Source: a virus
Taxonomy: Duplodnaviria; Caudoviricetes
Virus record (IMG/VR): IMGVR_UViG_3300021964_010723
Direction: 5' to 3' (one strand)
Length of the DNA stretch: 64,000 nucleotides
Part shown: positions 1 to 8,495 of the stretch, one piece after another
Layout of the letters: each line of letters starts with the position of its first letter
Numbering within the stretch: position 1 is the first letter of the stretch
The notes under the pieces: model-generated
What the model was told of the DNA's origin: nothing
Seen by the model: only the letters and a program-made list of their open reading frames with translations
The model's database searches: none
Program-made: the position numbers and the translations under genes

Positions 1-284
1 AGAGTTTGACTCGCAGGTTTAATTTCTATAAGTTCTGTTCTAACTTTGCCAGTCTTGTCGCTAAATTGGATTAAAAAATCAGGAACATAAATTGTAGGCT
101 TACCAGTTAATGGATTGATATAGGGAATTTTTATACCTTCTGATACCCATTGCGTTATGCTAGGATGTTCGTCACAGAAACGCATCATAGTAAACTCCCA
201 GCTACTCCTATACAAAGGTGTACTACCACCTATGTATTTTTCTGGATTTTTACAGCGGAATCTACCTTGTGCAAAACGTGCCAT
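1..284 (-). CDS. T4 gp4-like head completion nuclease (TnsA-like PD-(D/E)XK fold), 3' end beyond window
   Basis: Hand translation from ATG at 284: MARFAQGRFRCKNPEKYIGGSTPLYRSSWEFTMMRFCDEHPSITQWVSEGIKIPYINPLTGKPTIYVPDFLIQFSDKTGKVRTELIEIKPASQT. It has the YRSSWE, W.SE..IPY, PDF and EIKP motifs of gp4. It starts 2 nt after the upstream stop and is absent from the ORF track. Confidence 0.85.
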   Translation of the reverse strand, partial: MARFAQGRFRCKNPEKYIGGSTPLYRSSWEFTMMRFCDEHPSITQWVSEGIKIPYINPLTGKPTIYVPDFLIQFSDKTGKVRTELIEIKPASQT

Positions 285-285
285 T

Positions 286-3200
286 TTAAGATATTGTTAT
301 TGTATTCCACATACCAAAGTGAATAGAACATTGATATCCATATGTTCCTGGTCCATCAGTTGCTGTTGTCCAATCTACATTACCCATAGTTGCTCCTTGA
401 CCTGTTGCTCCAGATACTTGATTACCTGTGCCTGTGCTTTGTGAAGTTTTAATATAAAATGGATGACTTGATGCACTAACAGAAAACCTTACTTTATCGC
501 CGCTGTTAAAACTCAATGCAGGCTGTGATGTGTTTGAATAACTACCTGATCTGTCACTACCTGTAAACAAATAGTTATTGCCACTGTTTGTGACTGTGAT
601 TGTATAATCGGGATTAAATGCAGGAGTTTGGCTTGTGTCATTTATAGTTACACTTGTGCTGGTGTCTACTATTGTTCCACTTGTACTACCTGTCCTTATT
701 TGTGCTTGGAATGTTTCTGCACCTTCTGTAGTTGTATCTGCAGTCGGTGTAACTGAAAAAGAACCTGCATCTGAGTTTATAGTAAAACTTCCGCTTGAAG
801 TGCCAAAGTCTCCAGCATTTGTTACTGTCCAGTATAGTGTTGTACCGTTTGAAACATTTGTAGTTGTTACATTAAATGTTAAACTACTACCTTCGTTAAC
901 GTTATTTGCAGCAGGTGATACATCATACGTAGGAGTCGGTGCTTGGCTTGTATCAATAATAGTAACTGATCTATTTAAACTCCCTGTAGCTGTGCTTGCA
1001 CTATCTGTTGCTGCTAAGGTCAAAGTTAAAGTTTCGTTACCTTCTGTTGTAACATCATTGTCTAATGTAAATGATACAGAGCCTGTATTACTGTTTATAG
1101 TGATATCTCCTGTTAATGATCCGCTGCTTAGATCACTTGCACTTATACCAGAGACTGTATACCCTATCGTTGTTCCGTTAATTACATTTGATGTAGATAC
1201 TGTAAATGTTACTGTATCTCCTTCGTTGATTGAACTTGCAGAAGATGTTAACGAATCATAACTAGGCCCAGGTGTTTGACTTGTATCATTTACTGTTACA
1301 CTATCACTTAATCCACCGGTGCTTGTACCTGCACTATCTGTTGCGTCTAGTGTTACAGTAAGTGTTTCACTACCTTCTGTTGTAACATCATTGTCTAATG
1401 TAAATGATACAGAACCTGTATTGCTGTTAATTGTAATATTACCAGTCATTGATCCGCTGCTTAGATCACTTGCACTTATACCAGAGACTGTATACCCTAT
1501 AGTTGTTCCGTTAATTACATTTGATGTGTTGACTGTAAAGGTAACAGTTCCTCCTTCATTTACATCACTTAAATTTGCAGTAAATGAATCGTATGACAAT
1601 ACTGGAGCTTGACTTGTATCATTTATAGTTACAGTACCTGATTCTGCAACCTGAGTACCACCTATACTGTCATTGTAAATTACAGCATAAAACGTTTCTG
1701 CACCTTCAGTAGTCGTGTCTGCAGTAGGAGTAACTGTAAATGATCCTGCATTTGATGTTATTGTAAAATTACCGCTCGAAACTACAAAATCATTAGTTGG
1801 TATAACTTGCCAATAAAGAGTTGTTGAATCTGAAATATTAGTAGTTGTTACATTAAATGTTAAACTACTACCTTCATCTACATTATTTGCAACCGGAACA
1901 ACTGAATAGGTAGGTCCATCAGGTGTAAATGTAGTATTACCTAATGTAAATTTACTATTTGTAGTTACGTTTAATGGTTGTCGCCCGTATCTAGAATACA
2001 ACATCCTATTACTTGCTCCCATTAGACTTTCATCTATAAGTTCATAGTCTATATCTGAACCCGTTGTGTATAGCACACTCTTAGCGTCATTAAAAATTCT
2101 ATCTTGCATTTCTGCAGGAGTTAGATTAGGGAATACCTGTAGGTGTTGTGCAATTACTCCACATACTTGAGGACTAGCCATTGATGTTCCGCTAATACTT
2201 GTTATTACATAATTGTTATCAGTAGGATCTGAAACAGTTGTGTAGTCATTGATGTTAGATGTGCCAGCAAGTATGTTAGAACCAGGTGCCCATATATTAA
2301 CACTTGGTCCTCTACTAGATGGAAATGCAGTTTTATCTTTGTATGTTGTATCAAATATTTGTGTTGAATCAATGTTACCAACCATAAATGCATTTTGTGA
2401 ACGTGGGCTTGATCCTTGATGGTAGCTTCTAGTACCTATAACAGAAAATAACACAGTGTTATTATAATCCGGTCCTCCACTTATGTCTGCTTTGTGCCAA
2501 TCATTGCCTGCTGCAATGCAAACGTGTATACCGTCTAAGATCATATCTTCAACTTCAGCATCTACTGAAGCAACTCTTGACGGAACTCTAAAATAATTTA
2601 ATGCAGGATTAACAATACCGTAAACACGTTCAATTGTGTCACTTACACCTGTTGCAGCCATTAGTACTGCTCTGTCTGTATAGTCAACACCCCAAGTCCA
2701 CGCAGTGCCTCTATATACGCCACTTGTAGGATTGCCTGATGCTGTAGCACCGTAGCCCCAGCTCATATTAACTACAGTTGGACGCCCGTTAGTTTTAGCA
2801 TTGTGCCAAAGACGTATAGTATCAAATGCATCTGCTAAAGGAATGCCTGTTCCACTATCACCTGCACCTTCAAGTCCGCCTAGTTTCTGTGAGTACACAT
2901 GAGCACCCTTAGCCCATCCGTATTTTAATCCTGCGGCTGTACTTGCTACGTGTGTTCCGTGTCCGTCGAAGTCTCTGTAGTGGTTAGCACTCTGTGTTCC
3001 TGCTAGGCCACTAGCAGTGTACCAATCAATTTGTTGTAAACGACTAACACCGTTATAGTCATTCCATTCAGGATGATTTGCTTCAATGCCACTGTCTTGT
3101 ATTACTACGTCAACACCTGTGCCGTCAATTGCATACTCGTAATCGCCTGAAATGGTTGTGCCATTATTGTATGTATTTGTTTCTTCTATGCAGCGTCTTA

Positions 3201-3519
3201 GTCCCCAATTTACATAAGCACTATTCACTCCGCTGCCTCTTTGGAATGTTCCTTGTTGATAAGCATTTAATCCAATACTAATATCATCACGTTGCTCTGG
3301 CGGTATCTCTACTGCACGTACTCTAGGGTCTGCACGTAGAGCTTCTGCTTCTTCATCTGTAAGCATAAAGTGTGTTTGTATACGTGAACCAGGACGTGGG
3401 TTAGCAACGTCTACTGAGCGATTAGGAATAGGGCCTGCTCCGCTACTAGCAGTAATCTCTTCTTCTAGTTCGGGCAAGTCTTCTCTAGTGTTTGCTATTA
3501 CTGTGTATTCTTTTTCCAT
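286..3519 (-). CDS. Subtilisin-like (S8) serine protease with prodomain, four Calx-beta/Ig-like repeats and a C-terminal cupredoxin-like domain
   Basis: Catalytic motifs VIQDSG (D, 3094-3096), GHGTHV (H, 2959-2961), AAGN oxyanion and GTSMAS (S, 2182-2184). Repeats read NEG..TF.V.T...D.TTEG.ET. C-terminus has HPF...YQCSIHFGM. Confidence 0.9.
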   Translation of the reverse strand: MEKEYTVIANTREDLPELEEEITASSGAGPIPNRSVDVANPRPGSRIQTHFMLTDEEAEALRADPRVRAVEIPPEQRDDISIGLNAYQQGTFQRGSGVNSAYVNWGLRRCIEETNTYNNGTTISGDYEYAIDGTGVDVVIQDSGIEANHPEWNDYNGVSRLQQIDWYTASGLAGTQSANHYRDFDGHGTHVASTAAGLKYGWAKGAHVYSQKLGGLEGAGDSGTGIPLADAFDTIRLWHNAKTNGRPTVVNMSWGYGATASGNPTSGVYRGTAWTWGVDYTDRAVLMAATGVSDTIERVYGIVNPALNYFRVPSRVASVDAEVEDMILDGIHVCIAAGNDWHKADISGGPDYNNTVLFSVIGTRSYHQGSSPRSQNAFMVGNIDSTQIFDTTYKDKTAFPSSRGPSVNIWAPGSNILAGTSNINDYTTVSDPTDNNYVITSISGTSMASPQVCGVIAQHLQVFPNLTPAEMQDRIFNDAKSVLYTTGSDIDYELIDESLMGASNRMLYSRYGRQPLNVTTNSKFTLGNTTFTPDGPTYSVVPVANNVDEGSSLTFNVTTTNISDSTTLYWQVIPTNDFVVSSGNFTITSNAGSFTVTPTADTTTEGAETFYAVIYNDSIGGTQVAESGTVTINDTSQAPVLSYDSFTANLSDVNEGGTVTFTVNTSNVINGTTIGYTVSGISASDLSSGSMTGNITINSNTGSVSFTLDNDVTTEGSETLTVTLDATDSAGTSTGGLSDSVTVNDTSQTPGPSYDSLTSSASSINEGDTVTFTVSTSNVINGTTIGYTVSGISASDLSSGSLTGDITINSNTGSVSFTLDNDVTTEGNETLTLTLAATDSASTATGSLNRSVTIIDTSQAPTPTYDVSPAANNVNEGSSLTFNVTTTNVSNGTTLYWTVTNAGDFGTSSGSFTINSDAGSFSVTPTADTTTEGAETFQAQIRTGSTSGTIVDTSTSVTINDTSQTPAFNPDYTITVTNSGNNYLFTGSDRSGSYSNTSQPALSFNSGDKVRFSVSASSHPFYIKTSQSTGTGNQVSGATGQGATMGNVDWTTATDGPGTYGYQCSIHFGMWNTITIS
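1041..1526. repeat. Intragenic direct repeat (~150 bp near-identical core, 333-bp/111-aa period) of Calx-beta-like modules
   Basis: cttctgttgtaacatcattgtctaatgtaaatgatacaga...gatccgctgcttagatcacttgcacttataccagagactgtataccctat begins at 1041 and again at 1374. Confidence 0.9.
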
Positions 3520-3526
3520 AATTTTC

Positions 3527-4357
3527 TTATATTAAGTTTACCCAAGCACCATTTTCGTAACCTTGGAATTTGTTGTCGGTTACATTGTATATAATATCAC
3601 CATTGCCTGCAGTTAAATCATTTCTTTCTGTAGTAGTTAAAACAGGTGGTCTAAAAGCACCGCCAGTTACTCTAGTTCCGTCGGCAGAATTCAATGTTAA
3701 GGTACTTGCACTATCTAAAGTTATAGTACCAGTTCCTGATGTTTCAAGTGAGCTGAAGCTTAATGATCCTGATGTTGAAAAGTCATCGTTTATCCATTGT
3801 GTACCACTCCATTTTAGGAATTGTCCACTTTGAACTGTATTGATATTTGTATCAGACAAATCGTTTAATACTGTATCAGTATCTAATATTTGTTTCCAGT
3901 TGCCGCTATGAGCAAAATACGCATGTCCTTCAGAATGAGCGTGGGCAAACATACCATGATATGTGCTTGCATCTACTGTAGTCTCTAAGGTGTTATAATC
4001 TGCAAAAACGTTTGAATACCATAATTGGCCAGTTGTTATTAGATTACCAGTATCGTCGATTGTTATAGCAGAATTTTGCAGTGTATCACCAGTTGTGCCA
4101 TCAAACCGTACAATAGCATTATCAGTTGAACTTGCTGCTTTTGTAACATCTCCAGTTGCGGTTGCACTTATTACACCATTTACATCTATTGTTATATTTG
4201 TTCCTTGCTTTACACCACCTAAAACAGTATTAGTTGCAATAGGTAAAGTATATGCAGTTCCTGTAGAAGTCCAACTCGTTCCGTTCCATGTCCAAGTTGT
4301 ATCTCCAACTACATGCGTATCATTCAAAGCAGGCGAGTTAGGAAAATTTATTGCCAT
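3527..4357 (-). CDS. Putative virion structural / tail-fibre-like protein
   Basis: N-terminal MAINFP.SP...W.W.G..W module (shared with 48788..49462), DNAIVRFDGTTG, and C-terminal NG.IIYN....KFQGYENGAWVNL, all typical of phage fibre proteins. Confidence 0.6.
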   Translation of the reverse strand: MAINFPNSPALNDTHVVGDTTWTWNGTSWTSTGTAYTLPIATNTVLGGVKQGTNITIDVNGVISATATGDVTKAASSTDNAIVRFDGTTGDTLQNSAITIDDTGNLITTGQLWYSNVFADYNTLETTVDASTYHGMFAHAHSEGHAYFAHSGNWKQILDTDTVLNDLSDTNINTVQSGQFLKWSGTQWINDDFSTSGSLSFSSLETSGTGTITLDSASTLTLNSADGTRVTGGAFRPPVLTTTERNDLTAGNGDIIYNVTDNKFQGYENGAWVNLI

Positions 4358-5547
4358 TATTGTATCTCCTTAATGCCTATGGTATCGCCACACATTCCAG
4401 TTACTAATCTTAAGCTTTCGCTGCTGTAATTCACGTCCATTGAATTACGTATACGATATTTTACGGTATCACCTGCAGATGCTCCGTGAGTATCTAACAG
4501 TTGGAACATAGAATTCCCATAGTATGTATTTGTTACTGGAAATATTAGTTGTCGTAGTAGTGTCCAACTTCCAGTATTAATTTGTCTTTCTAACGCAACT
4601 TGAGATTCTGTAAGTGAATCTGTTACATTCCAAATTACAGCATCTAAAGTTACAAGTGTTTTTGTAAAACCTGTTGTTACGGTCAGTGAAATTTCAATAT
4701 CTCCTCCAACTTCCTGTTGAAATACATTTCCAACAGTTACTTGAGCGTTCCCAGGATTAAAAGATGTACTTGTGCCAAATTTTAAATAAGTTTCGTTTCC
4801 AGGAACAGTAGTTAAATAACCTGCATCATTTGTAAGATCACTTACATTATCTCCTGCTTGTAAAGCTGTTGAATTTGAATTAGCCTGTGGAACTGCATCT
4901 ACCCATTGATCTCCATCTGGATCATTATAGAAAATTTTCAAAATACCTGTTACACTGTCCCACCAAAGATCGCCGTTAGCAGGAGTAACAGGGGCTGTAT
5001 CAGAAATAGATACCGCAGTAGCTGTCGTTAAATATCCAGCAGTTGAGTGATCTCCCCATCCGTAAGCAGTATTCCAATTAGAAATTTCAGTATTTCCAAT
5101 TCCTGCTGCAGGACTTTGGGTAAAAACTGGATCAGTTTCTGTGTAGGCAAATGTAGATGCTACCCAAGCTGTTCCATTCCATCTTAACAATTGGTTGGTG
5201 TCAGGACTATTTGTAAGATCAACATCTTGTAATGATCCTAAACTTATATCAGGTAAGGTAGTAAGATAGCCTGCATTGGCATGATTACCCCAGTTGTAAG
5301 CTGTTGACCAATTATTAATATTTTGTGTCGATATTTCACTTGCTGCGCTTGCTTCAAAAACAGGATCTGTTTCTTGGTAAAAAGTTAAGTAACCAGCCAA
5401 AGCATGATTACCCCAAGTATAAGCAGTGTTCCAATTGTTTTGTGCATTTTCTAAATTAATTGTGCGAGAATTTAAGTCGGCAAAATTTCCATCAAGTTCT
5501 TCAAAGGTAAGTGCTTCGTTTTTGTTTAATCTTAGTATTATAGCCAT
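4357..5547 (-). CDS. Putative tail-fibre-like structural protein with internal repeats
   Basis: LT..ELDGNF N-terminus, three NW.TAY.WG.H..AGYLT repeats, two Y.ETDPVF repeats and a P..P.NGDLWWDS module. Confidence 0.6.
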   Translation of the reverse strand: MAIILRLNKNEALTFEELDGNFADLNSRTINLENAQNNWNTAYTWGNHALAGYLTFYQETDPVFEASAASEISTQNINNWSTAYNWGNHANAGYLTTLPDISLGSLQDVDLTNSPDTNQLLRWNGTAWVASTFAYTETDPVFTQSPAAGIGNTEISNWNTAYGWGDHSTAGYLTTATAVSISDTAPVTPANGDLWWDSVTGILKIFYNDPDGDQWVDAVPQANSNSTALQAGDNVSDLTNDAGYLTTVPGNETYLKFGTSTSFNPGNAQVTVGNVFQQEVGGDIEISLTVTTGFTKTLVTLDAVIWNVTDSLTESQVALERQINTGSWTLLRQLIFPVTNTYYGNSMFQLLDTHGASAGDTVKYRIRNSMDVNYSSESLRLVTGMCGDTIGIKEIQ

Positions 5548-6011
5548 TATTCTACATATCCTGGTTCTACGTAGTCAAAATTTACGTAATTTTTATTAAT
5601 AATTTCTTCTTCGTCAGGTACAATAAATTCATTTATTCCTGTCATAATAGGATCATTTATATTTCGTAATTCAAATAATTTATCAGTTACAGGAGATTGA
5701 TAACCTAATTGTGATGTCTTATCTCTACTACTGTTCAATATTTTTGTTATAATAAAACTTAGTTGATTGTTAGGTAAAAGCTTTAAGGTGTCTAAAAGTT
5801 GAAATATTTTTACTCCTTCTAACTTTGCTTGATTAAGAAGGACCTGGCTAATTGTTCTAGCCGCACTTTCTTCAAAATTTCGTTGTGTAAAAAATCCTAC
5901 TGTAGCATCAAAGTCGCTAGCAGCAAATTCTAGCGGTTTTGAAAAATAAGAGTCAAAAAATTGTACTACTTTACGGTCAGTTGATGTTGTTTTTGTAGGT
6001 AGACTAGACAT
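5547..6011 (-). CDS. Hypothetical protein in tail module
   Basis: 154-aa ORF abutting both neighbours in the same operon. Confidence 0.6.
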   Translation of the reverse strand: MSSLPTKTTSTDRKVVQFFDSYFSKPLEFAASDFDATVGFFTQRNFEESAARTISQVLLNQAKLEGVKIFQLLDTLKLLPNNQLSFIITKILNSSRDKTSQLGYQSPVTDKLFELRNINDPIMTGINEFIVPDEEEIINKNYVNFDYVEPGYVE

Positions 6012-6019
6012 TTGTAACC

Positions 6020-7051
6020 TTATAATGATGGAAATTGTGCATTTGGAACACCACTTACTGAATTTTCAATAAAATCTGCTGCTGTCCCTTCTGCAAAACC
6101 TTGTAATTCTTGTCCTAAAGAATTAGGATCTAGATTTTGTACATTTCGAGCCAAATTTATACCTGCTAGGGCAGCTTGTAAAGGATTTTTAAATCCTTGT
6201 CCTGTTGTAGCGTAATCAAATAAGTCTACGCCTCCAGATAAAACAGCTCCAAAACTTGCAGTCCCTCCACCTGCTAAAGATAATGGACTTGGTAAATAAT
6301 CGTAATGTGGTACTTGACCAAATCCTTTTGGTATTTGTCCTTCTTGTATTCCGCCTCTCTCCATCCATACTGTTTCATAAGATACAGTAATACTTAACTC
6401 ATTAGTTTCTGCACCAGCAGATGCATCAACAGAACCATATCCTAATTCTGTTATTATAGGATTAACTAAAGTAAAAGTTGTATAAGTTTGTCGAGTAAGT
6501 TGGCTCATTTGAATGTTGGTAAAGAAAGGGTTTGTAACACCTCTGTGATAACCAAACAGGTCCGTATTTCGTTTACTATTTTGGTAGGTACTATCCCTTG
6601 CTCCATACAATTTATTATAAGCTTCTGGTTTTACATCATAGTTACCATCTAGAAAGTAATATCGATAATATGCTTCAAGCATTCCACTTATTATTCCTTG
6701 ATTGTCGTCATGGAAATTAATTGTTACTGGATTATAGGTTATTCCCGTTTGAATATGCTTAGTTCTATTATACTTTTTTTTTGTTTCTACATTTGATGTA
6801 AAAGTAGGTAATTGGGCATTTTTAACTAACAACCCACTTTCTAAATCATGTTTTTTTGTATCCCAAGTAGGAAGTGTTTCTCTCAATGCAGGAGAGAAAG
6901 TAAAAGCAACATGATATAGAAATTTGGTTTTGGGAGCAAGCCTATAAGTATTTTTTACAAACGTCTTATCAGCATGTCGTGCATCTCCCAAGTTTCCTTT
7001 AGGATTTAACGCACTTTCTGCTACTCCTTTTAAGTAACCTAATACATCCAT
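6020..7051 (-). CDS. gp19-fold tube-like protein (possible baseplate-tube initiator, gp48/gp54-like)
   Basis: PK.KFLYHV.F, K.AQLP.F....ET.KKYNR, YNPVTINFHDD and T..SYE pattern parallel the tube fold; lies directly downstream of the tube genes. Confidence 0.55.
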   Translation of the reverse strand: MDVLGYLKGVAESALNPKGNLGDARHADKTFVKNTYRLAPKTKFLYHVAFTFSPALRETLPTWDTKKHDLESGLLVKNAQLPTFTSNVETKKKYNRTKHIQTGITYNPVTINFHDDNQGIISGMLEAYYRYYFLDGNYDVKPEAYNKLYGARDSTYQNSKRNTDLFGYHRGVTNPFFTNIQMSQLTRQTYTTFTLVNPIITELGYGSVDASAGAETNELSITVSYETVWMERGGIQEGQIPKGFGQVPHYDYLPSPLSLAGGGTASFGAVLSGGVDLFDYATTGQGFKNPLQAALAGINLARNVQNLDPNSLGQELQGFAEGTAADFIENSVSGVPNAQFPSL

Positions 7052-7065
7052 ATTATCCTTTCAGG

Positions 7066-7698
7066 TTAAGCTGTTGAAGTAGAGCCACTTGTTATTGGAG
7101 TAAGTTTCTTACCTATACCCGGAGTATTATCATGCGCGGATTGCAATGCATTGTCATATCTGATGGTCAAAGAAATAGTATTTGCTGCTGACTCAGCATA
7201 GTTCAATGAATTGTAGTTTGCGCTTTGAATGTAGCACCCAACCAATGCAAAGGATTCTATTACAGCTACATCGTGGTATCCTCCTGATGAAGAATTTCCA
7301 CCGTCTAAAATTTCTATCTTCATATCAAACTTATAATCACTTCCAGCCGCAGCACTTGATTGCTCGAAAAAATCAAATTGCTTTTGTATTTGTTCACCGA
7401 CTACATTTTGGACTGCGTTAGTTACATCATCTCTAATGTTTAAAGTAATCGGTTCCCATGTGGATTTTCCAGCTAGATAAATTCTTGAATTATAAGTATC
7501 TAATGTAATATCATCAAAACTTAAATTAGGTTTTGAAACATCGATTACTTGTTGGGTTAAAGAAGTGGAATCTGCATTTTCACTACCAAACTTATTTAAT
7601 GTAACTCGAAATCTGTACTGAAGTTTAGGCATAAGTAATGCGCCGTCATTATCACCTACTCCTACAACTCCAAAATTGTTTAAACTTGCTGTTGGCAT
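7066..7698 (-). CDS. Tail tube protein (T4 gp19-like), copy B
   Basis: LLMPKLQYRFRV, KP.LSFDDITLD.YNSRIYLAGK.TWEPIT, QKQFDFFEQSSA and GC.I.SANY.SL.Y..S.A..I.LTIRYDNA; downstream of the sheath. Confidence 0.85.
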   Translation of the reverse strand: MPTASLNNFGVVGVGDNDGALLMPKLQYRFRVTLNKFGSENADSTSLTQQVIDVSKPNLSFDDITLDTYNSRIYLAGKSTWEPITLNIRDDVTNAVQNVVGEQIQKQFDFFEQSSAAAGSDYKFDMKIEILDGGNSSSGGYHDVAVIESFALVGCYIQSANYNSLNYAESAANTISLTIRYDNALQSAHDNTPGIGKKLTPITSGSTSTA

Positions 7699-7731
7699 TT
7701 ATTATCTCCTTAAATAAATTTTATAATATAA

Positions 7732-8466
7732 TCACGAAGTAGTACTTGGGATTACAATTGGATCTGCTGCGTCGGGAGGTGGAAGTTCAGGTGCTCCTGC
7801 ACCTGTACTAAGTATACTACCTCCTGAACTAAAGCTGTTAATTGCACTACTGAATGCAGCGCCTATTCCTGCACCTGCCCGCTTCTCATCTGTTTGTACA
7901 GCATTATCGTAACATATAGTTAAAGTAATAGTTTGTGGTCCAGATTCAGCATAATTTAACGAATTATAGCTGGCACTTTCTATCCAACATCCCATTAAAG
8001 TAAAAGCTTCTAGTTCATTTGGTTTATGATAAGCATTATCACCATTACCTTTTCCACCGTCTAAAACATTTATAACAGTTGTAAATTTGTAATCTCCACC
8101 TGCTGCTGCACTTGATTGCTCATAAAAATCAAATTGCTTTTGTAATTGTTCTCCTACTAACTGCTGGATATTTTTGTCTGCATCATCTAGCAGGTTAATT
8201 GTTATTGGTTCCCAATTATGTTTTCCAGCAAGATAAACTCTTGAGTTATACATATCAAGTGTAATTTTCTCAAAACTTACACTTGGTTTTTGTACATCAA
8301 TTACCTGTTTAGTAAACTCTTGTCTTTTTGAAATAGTGGCGCCAAATGTTTCTACTATAACTCGAAAACGATATTGTAATTTTGGCATTAATAAGGCATT
8401 TACAGATCCACTAGTATCACCTTGAGTTCCACCTATAATAACACCAAAATTATTTAGACTAGACAT
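7732..8466 (-). CDS. Tail tube protein (T4 gp19-like), copy A
   Basis: Same motifs as the neighbour (LLMPKLQYRFRV, YNSRVYLAGKH.WEPIT, QKQFDFYEQSSA); immediately follows the sheath. Confidence 0.85.
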   Translation of the reverse strand: MSSLNNFGVIIGGTQGDTSGSVNALLMPKLQYRFRVIVETFGATISKRQEFTKQVIDVQKPSVSFEKITLDMYNSRVYLAGKHNWEPITINLLDDADKNIQQLVGEQLQKQFDFYEQSSAAAGGDYKFTTVINVLDGGKGNGDNAYHKPNELEAFTLMGCWIESASYNSLNYAESGPQTITLTICYDNAVQTDEKRAGAGIGAAFSSAINSFSSGGSILSTGAGAPELPPPDAADPIVIPSTTS

Positions 8467-8484
8467 AAAATCTCCTATTTACAA

Positions 8485-8492
8485 TATTTATC
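8485..8492 (-). promoter_or_regulatory. Late promoter-like box GATAAATA upstream of tube gene
   Basis: tatttatc on + strand, followed on the minus strand by an AGGAGA RBS before the ATG at 8466. Confidence 0.55.
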
Positions 8493-8495
8493 CTA

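Noticed and set aside
635-1612. Long plus-strand ORFs (635..1261, 1319..1612) and similar ones at 3570, 4095, 31068-32009, 41846, 58055-58840 and 61370
   Set aside because: Antisense shadows of Thr/Ser/Asn-rich minus-strand genes, with V/L/S/P-biased products, no RBS and no recognisable motifs.
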